A DNA stretch of 64,000 bases from positions 48,030 to 112,029 of the forward strand of contig JAZDFF010000011.1 of the NCBI GenBank assembly GCA_043808095.1. The letters are read 5' to 3'. A model generated the notes under the pieces. It ran no database searches, was not told the origin of the DNA, and worked only from the letters and a program-made list of their open reading frames with translations. This DNA comes from Candidatus Omnitrophota bacterium (lineage in GTDB: Bacteria; Omnitrophota; Gorgyraeia; JAZDFF01). The translations under genes and the position numbers were made by a program. Numbering within the stretch: the stretch's first letter is position 1; every line of letters starts with the position of its first letter. Shown in pieces: positions 59,472 through 64,000 of this stretch.

Positions 59472-60313
59472 TTCTTTTTCTTTCTAAACCTATAGCGTAT
59501 GATTATAGCGACTAAATTCATGAATAAAACGAGGGCCAAAAGCACAAAAGCGGTCCCGTATCTTATTTTTTCATCTACATTAGGCACCTGGGTTGAAATA
59601 ACATAGAGATGATACGGTAATGCCATTGCCTGATCAAATATGGACTTTGGAAGCCGCGGTAAATAAAATGCCGCTACGGTAAAAAGAATCGGCGCTGTTT
59701 CTCCTGCCGCCCTTCCTAAGCCCAGGATAGTCCCAGTTAATATTCCCGGTATGGCGTTAGGTAAAACAATATACCTGATAGTCTGCCACTTACTTGCCCC
59801 CAAAGATAAACTTACTTCCCGAAATGTTTGCGGAACACTTTCCAGGGCCTCGCGCGAAGTAGTTATGATAATAGGAAGTATCATAATACCCAAGGTAAGA
59901 GAACCTGAAAGAATCGATGCGCCAAATTTTAAGAATACTACAAAAAGCGCTAAGCCAAAAAGTCCGTAAACTACCGAAGGCACGCCTGCAAGATTAACGA
60001 TTGCTAATTTAATCAACCTATTAAGCAAGTTATCTTTTGAATACTCGCTTAGATATATTGCAGCCAGAAGGCCTATGGGTAAAGCAAATATAATCGCGCC
60101 TAAAACTAAATATATTGTTCCTACAATCGCGGGAAAGATTCCGCCAGAGCGCATCCCCTGACGAGGAATATCTGTAAGAAACTGCCAATTTATCGCCGGC
60201 AGGCCCTTCTGAATTATAATTACAATAATGATGCCTACTGGAACCACTATTAAGAGGGTTGCCAAGAATAGAAAGAAAAATGCGATATTTTGTGTTCTAT
60301 GTGGATTCCTCAT
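59465..60313 (-). CDS. pstA: phosphate ABC transporter permease PstA
   Basis: 282 aa with an EAA-loop permease fold. Confidence 0.9.
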   Translation of the reverse strand: MRNPHRTQNIAFFFLFLATLLIVVPVGIIIVIIIQKGLPAINWQFLTDIPRQGMRSGGIFPAIVGTIYLVLGAIIFALPIGLLAAIYLSEYSKDNLLNRLIKLAIVNLAGVPSVVYGLFGLALFVVFLKFGASILSGSLTLGIMILPIIITTSREALESVPQTFREVSLSLGASKWQTIRYIVLPNAIPGILTGTILGLGRAAGETAPILFTVAAFYLPRLPKSIFDQAMALPYHLYVISTQVPNVDEKIRYGTAFVLLALVLFMNLVAIIIRYRFRKKKKW

Positions 60314-61173
60314 TGTTTCTTATGCAAAAATAAATCTGCTGTTACGTTGATCGCAAAACTGATAACAAATAAAACTATACCTATAGCAAATAAAGCAAAA
60401 TAGTGCTCACTACCCACCACGGCCTCTCCCATTTCAGCGGCAATGGTAGCAGTCAAGGTCCTTACCGGCACTAAAATACTATTCGGGATAACCGCGGCAT
60501 TTCCGGTAATCATCATTACCGCCATTGTTTCACCTATTACCCTTCCGATTCCCAGCATTACTGCAGCAAGTATCCCGCTTGAAGCAGACGGTAACATTAC
60601 TCGCCATATCGTCTGCCAATGCGTTGCCCCTAACGCAAGTGCGCCTTCTTTATAATTTTTGGGAACAGAATAAAGCGCGTCTTCTGCAATTGAAACTATC
60701 GTTGGCATCGCCATAAAAGCCAGCATGATCGAACCTGATAAAGCAGTTAACCCCGTAGGCAGATGAAAAACTGTTTTTGCTAACGGCACGAGCGTAACCA
60801 TTCCGATAAAACCCAGTACTACACTCGGGATAGCAGCCAATAACTCAATACCTGCCTTAAGGATTTCTTTGATCTTTAGAGGAGCTATTTCGGCAATATA
60901 AATCGCGCAACCCACACCTATGGGGACTGAAATAATTGCCGCGCCCAAAGTAACAAGTAGTGAACCGAGAATTAAAGGAAGAATTCCTAACTGCGCTGGT
61001 TCCGAAATCGGATACCAGCTCTTCCCAAAAAGAAATTTAAAAGGGCTCACAGTCTTAAATACCGCAAGCCCTTCTTTTAAGAGAAACAAGAAAATCAGCG
61101 CTACAAAGAATATTGACGCTATGCCGCAAATCAATATAAGCTTTTCAATAATAAACTCTTTAAGTTTACGCAT
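60310..61173 (-). CDS. pstC: phosphate ABC transporter permease PstC
   Basis: 287 aa. Confidence 0.9.
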   Translation of the reverse strand: MRKLKEFIIEKLILICGIASIFFVALIFLFLLKEGLAVFKTVSPFKFLFGKSWYPISEPAQLGILPLILGSLLVTLGAAIISVPIGVGCAIYIAEIAPLKIKEILKAGIELLAAIPSVVLGFIGMVTLVPLAKTVFHLPTGLTALSGSIMLAFMAMPTIVSIAEDALYSVPKNYKEGALALGATHWQTIWRVMLPSASSGILAAVMLGIGRVIGETMAVMMITGNAAVIPNSILVPVRTLTATIAAEMGEAVVGSEHYFALFAIGIVLFVISFAINVTADLFLHKKQ

Positions 61174-61268
61174 TGAGCCCCTAATTTTTCTTGTCGTGAC
61201 GAAATCACGCCGAGCGTGTCAAAATTATCTGGGATAATTTTGACACAGTTTGCGAGGCGGGGTATATT

Positions 61269-62123
61269 TTATTTACTGATCGGTACAAAATCGGTTGCCA
61301 AAACAATATCCTGACCTTCTTTAGAAAGTATAAATTCCACAAATTCCTTTACCAAACCTTGTGGCGCACCGTTTGTGTATATAAATAGCGGCCTGGAGAT
61401 TGGGTATTTTCCGTTTACGACATTCTCTATTGTTGGTGATTCATATTCTAACTTTTCATCTTTGGCAACAGAAACCGGTTTTTGTTTTGCCGAAATATAT
61501 CCCATTCCGTAATATCCTACTGCCGCAGAATTACCCGCCACTTCATCTGCGATAGCCTGTGAAGACGAGAGCATTAATGCGCTTGGAGCAAACTCTTCCT
61601 TGCTGTTAGGATCATTCTTTCTTAATACGTGCTCCTTAAAATAAACATGCGTTCCGGAGTTGACTTCTCTAGATAATATCACGATCTTCTCGTCCTTGCC
61701 ACCGACTTCTTTCCAGTTAGAAATTCTTCCGGTAAAAATATCAGCGAGCTGAGTTAAGGTAATCTTGCTAATAGGATTACCCGGGCTTACTACCACCGCA
61801 AGACCGTCTAACGCAACTTTTATTTCGTTTGGGTTTATGCCTTTCTGCTTGGCAATAGCAATCTCCTTTTCTTTGATATTTCTTGAACTCATAGCAATAT
61901 CGCAGCTGCCACTTATGAGACTGGAAAGCCCTGTACCGGAACCGCCGCCTGTGACTGCAACGAAATCAGTGGGATTCTTCTCCATATATTTCTCAGCCCA
62001 GGCCTGGCCTAGATTGACCATTGTATCCGAACCTTTGACCTGTATTGAGTTTTTATCTTTCGCCGCAAATGCGGAAGTGATAAATATGAACGCTACCAGA
62101 ACAAGTAACCATTTTTTAAACAT
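61269..62123 (-). CDS. pstS: phosphate-binding protein PstS
   Basis: A signal peptide precedes the PstS family fold (GSDTM...SRE.NSGT). Confidence 0.85.
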   Translation of the reverse strand: MFKKWLLVLVAFIFITSAFAAKDKNSIQVKGSDTMVNLGQAWAEKYMEKNPTDFVAVTGGGSGTGLSSLISGSCDIAMSSRNIKEKEIAIAKQKGINPNEIKVALDGLAVVVSPGNPISKITLTQLADIFTGRISNWKEVGGKDEKIVILSREVNSGTHVYFKEHVLRKNDPNSKEEFAPSALMLSSSQAIADEVAGNSAAVGYYGMGYISAKQKPVSVAKDEKLEYESPTIENVVNGKYPISRPLFIYTNGAPQGLVKEFVEFILSKEGQDIVLATDFVPISK

Positions 62124-62181
62124 ATCTTCCTCCTTTTTGTTTATAGTATATTTTAACTACATTATATCTATATGAAGCTAA

Positions 62182-62203
62182 TGTAAAATCTATGTAAAAT
62201 CTT
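62182..62203 (-). promoter_or_regulatory. Pho-box-like direct repeats (TTTACA, 11-bp periodicity) upstream of pstS
   Basis: Minus strand reads gaTTTTACAtagaTTTTACAttag. Confidence 0.4.
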
Positions 62204-62246
62204 AGACCCTTCCCTAATAGGTATGGGTAAGGTCTATCCCTTAGGA

Positions 62247-62903
62247 TTAAAACGCTATTTTTAGCTTCGTACCTAATACATTAGTATCTACCCACTTCCC
62301 TGAGCTCTTGGTACTCTGCAACATATAATAAATTTCTGCTTTTAGATTCTTAGTTAAATTCATACCAAGCCCGGAAGAAAATCTGTTTTGGTTAAGTTCG
62401 CTAATCGTACTGAAACCAATGAAAATTTCATCCGCAAGATACGGCTGAATCTCCATCTTGGTAAACTTCCAAGGTAATTTTACTGTAGCCTTATTACGAT
62501 ACCTCCAAGAATCATCCTGATAGTCAAAATGGCGGTATTCCATGCGGTTACGATCCTCAAACTTAAATCCTTTTAAGTCCCAAAGTAAGGTTGCGGTTAC
62601 ATAGGGCTCGTTTTCCAGTTTAAATTCCCCTTTCTTTAATTCATAAACATGGCGGTACCCGCCTCCGATATTCAACCATTTTTGCAGATTATAGAAGAAC
62701 CCCACATCGTAGTGATGATAAAAAAATTCATGAGCATTATCTCCACAGCGAAATTCTTCCTCAAATGCTATTTTCGCATTCTTATTGACTTTGAATTCCT
62801 CTACATCTGTATTCCATACTTGAAAATCTCCGTCTTCGTAGGCATAAACTTTTGCTGTTAAAAGTAATACCAATCCGATTATTACAAAAATCACCTTCTT
62901 CAT
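62247..62903 (-). CDS. outer-membrane beta-barrel protein, DUF2490-like (putative phosphate-regulated porin)
   Basis: A signal peptide is followed by alternating amphipathic strands rich in Y/W/F. The C-terminus ends in Phe (KLKIAF). Confidence 0.5.
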   Translation of the reverse strand: MKKVIFVIIGLVLLLTAKVYAYEDGDFQVWNTDVEEFKVNKNAKIAFEEEFRCGDNAHEFFYHHYDVGFFYNLQKWLNIGGGYRHVYELKKGEFKLENEPYVTATLLWDLKGFKFEDRNRMEYRHFDYQDDSWRYRNKATVKLPWKFTKMEIQPYLADEIFIGFSTISELNQNRFSSGLGMNLTKNLKAEIYYMLQSTKSSGKWVDTNVLGTKLKIAF

Positions 62904-63046
62904 CTTCTCTCCTTTCAGAATGATTGCTTTCTTTCAATCCAAATAAAATGCACAATACATATAACAAACTAAACTCAATAAACATATCACCTCCCTTCTT
63001 TCAATTCTAAAAGAAGTATATAATGATGATATTAAATCTGCTTCAA

Positions 63047-63069
63047 GGGTAAGTAAAATTTGGGTAAAG
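63047..63069 (-). promoter_or_regulatory. second Pho-box-like repeat (TTTACC-N5-TTTACT) upstream of the DUF2490 gene
   Basis: Minus strand reads cTTTACCcaaatTTTACTtaccc. Confidence 0.3.
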
Positions 63070-63088
63070 CTTTCTGCGGTATTGTGGG

Positions 63089-64000
63089 TTACTTAGGAAG
63101 GATAAACCAAAACTTTGAACCAAATCCTTCGGTGCTTTCTACGCCGACGCTACCGCCGTGTAATTCGACGATATGCTTGACAATAGAAAGGCCGAGGCCA
63201 GTTCCGCCGAGTTCGCGCGAGCGCGCTTTGTCGACGCGATAAAAACGTTCAAATATACGAGATAGGTCTTTTATAGGAATACCAATCCCGGAATCTTCGA
63301 CTATAATCTTTATGCCACTATCGGAGTCTTGATTATAAATCTTTATAAAGCCATTGTCCTTATTAAACTTGATAGCATTATCGATTAAATTGGTAACAAC
63401 CTGTTCTATTTTTTCTTTATCTGCTTTAACTGATAAATCTTTAGGCAAATCATTCTGAATTTTGATTAGTTTTTTCTTCAATTGCGACCTAAAGCCGGCT
63501 AAAACCTCATCGGTCAGCTCTTTTGAATTTATTTGCTGTTTTGATAGTTTTATCTCTTTAGATTCAATATGCGACAGCGTAAGCAAATCGTTAATTAAAC
63601 TATGAAGCCGCTCGGCATGATCCTGAATTATCTTTAAAAAATGACGGCTATTCTCTTTATCTTCCGAGGCACCTTCCAATAAAGTTTCCACGAATCCTTT
63701 TATGGATGTAAGCGGCGTTTTTAACTCATGAGAGACATTAGCTACGAAATCACTACGCATGGTCTCTAAATTTCGTATCTGGGTTATATCATGAATAACC
63801 ACTAAACATCCTGTTACAGCATTGTTTTCAAAAATAGGTGTAGCATTAACCTCAAATATCCTGCGCATAGGATAAACCAGCGATAACTCGCTCGATATTG
63901 ACTTTCCCTTCTTCAAAACACTATTTATGATTTCCGAAATGTCGTTATTGCGTATCGACTCAAGAAAAACTTTGCCTTCTACGTCTTTCTTGGTAATGCC
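63089..64000 (-). CDS. phoR: phosphate regulon sensor histidine kinase PhoR (C-terminal part; gene continues beyond the window end)
   Basis: A PAS segment is followed by HisKA (SHELKTPLTSI) and HATPase (GGTGLGLSIVKHIV). The reading frame stays open through 64000. Confidence 0.85.
   Translation of the reverse strand, partial: GITKKDVEGKVFLESIRNNDISEIINSVLKKGKSISSELSLVYPMRRIFEVNATPIFENNAVTGCLVVIHDITQIRNLETMRSDFVANVSHELKTPLTSIKGFVETLLEGASEDKENSRHFLKIIQDHAERLHSLINDLLTLSHIESKEIKLSKQQINSKELTDEVLAGFRSQLKKKLIKIQNDLPKDLSVKADKEKIEQVVTNLIDNAIKFNKDNGFIKIYNQDSDSGIKIIVEDSGIGIPIKDLSRIFERFYRVDKARSRELGGTGLGLSIVKHIVELHGGSVGVESTEGFGSKFWFILPK

Overview
This is an AT-rich bacterial chromosome segment (not a plasmid or phage), with the gene content of an anaerobe. 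Almost every gene lies on the minus strand; only an isoprenoid trio at 34266-37067 is on plus. It contains no rRNA, no convincing tRNA and no CRISPR array.

The genes fall into recognisable modules (all minus strand unless stated):
- 1-5439: partial ArsB/NhaD-type permease, CBS protein, tRNA-dihydrouridine synthase, GAF-ANTAR regulator, glutamine synthetase.
- 5651-16284: an oxidative-stress, iron and redox island. It holds a DUF169-like protein, TrxB, glutaredoxin, an erythrin-like protein, two PNPOx-fold proteins, superoxide reductase, an Isf-like flavoprotein, rubrerythrin, a rubredoxin missing from the ORF track, a flavodiiron protein (FprA), an FNR-like reductase, a VIT1 iron transporter, a NifU-like protein and an Rrf2 regulator.
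- 16831-19272: a YHS-domain permease and a second ArsB/NhaD-type permease.
- 19441-26748: thiE, thiM and thi4; a small tautomerase missing from the ORF track; metW, metX, cysK and metY; a second Rrf2 regulator.
- 26901-28637: a Pit phosphate transporter with its DUF47 partner.
- 28697-31771: a 1024-aa EF-G paralog with an N-terminal transmembrane helix, coiled coil and Pro/Glu/Lys-rich linker.
- 32095-33198: a STAS-PilZ fusion protein followed by a CoA-binding protein.
- 34266-38108: polyprenyl synthase, squalene/phytoene synthase and IspH on the plus strand, converging on a radical-SAM/SPASM enzyme.
- 39823-40830: an ICMT-family methyltransferase gene flanked by 60-bp direct repeats.
- 42131-43110: a HEPN/MNT toxin-antitoxin pair.
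- 43438-48304: an arsenic-type operon headed by a DUF134 regulator (COG0701 permease, ArsM, two thioredoxin-like proteins, CcdA, ACR3).
- 49006-56980: a kdp operon read as c-di-AMP riboswitch, kdpF, apbE, kdpA, kdpB, kdpC and a kinase-less kdpD.
- 57143-64000: a pst operon with two complementary-degenerate PstB subunits, PhoU, a DUF2490 outer-membrane protein with Pho boxes, and a partial PhoR.

The non-coding DNA is unusually rich in repeat families. These include MITE-like elements, long palindromes built from G-rich and C-rich arms, and a short CCCGACG-WWW-CGTCGGG hairpin found at six sites. A structured 5' leader element recurs three times directly upstream of start codons.

The most novel candidates are:
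- the membrane-anchored coiled-coil EF-G paralog;
- the recurrent structured leader RNA;
- a composite MITE that encodes the last seven residues of FprA;
- an in-frame TGA at a conserved tryptophan codon in fprA.
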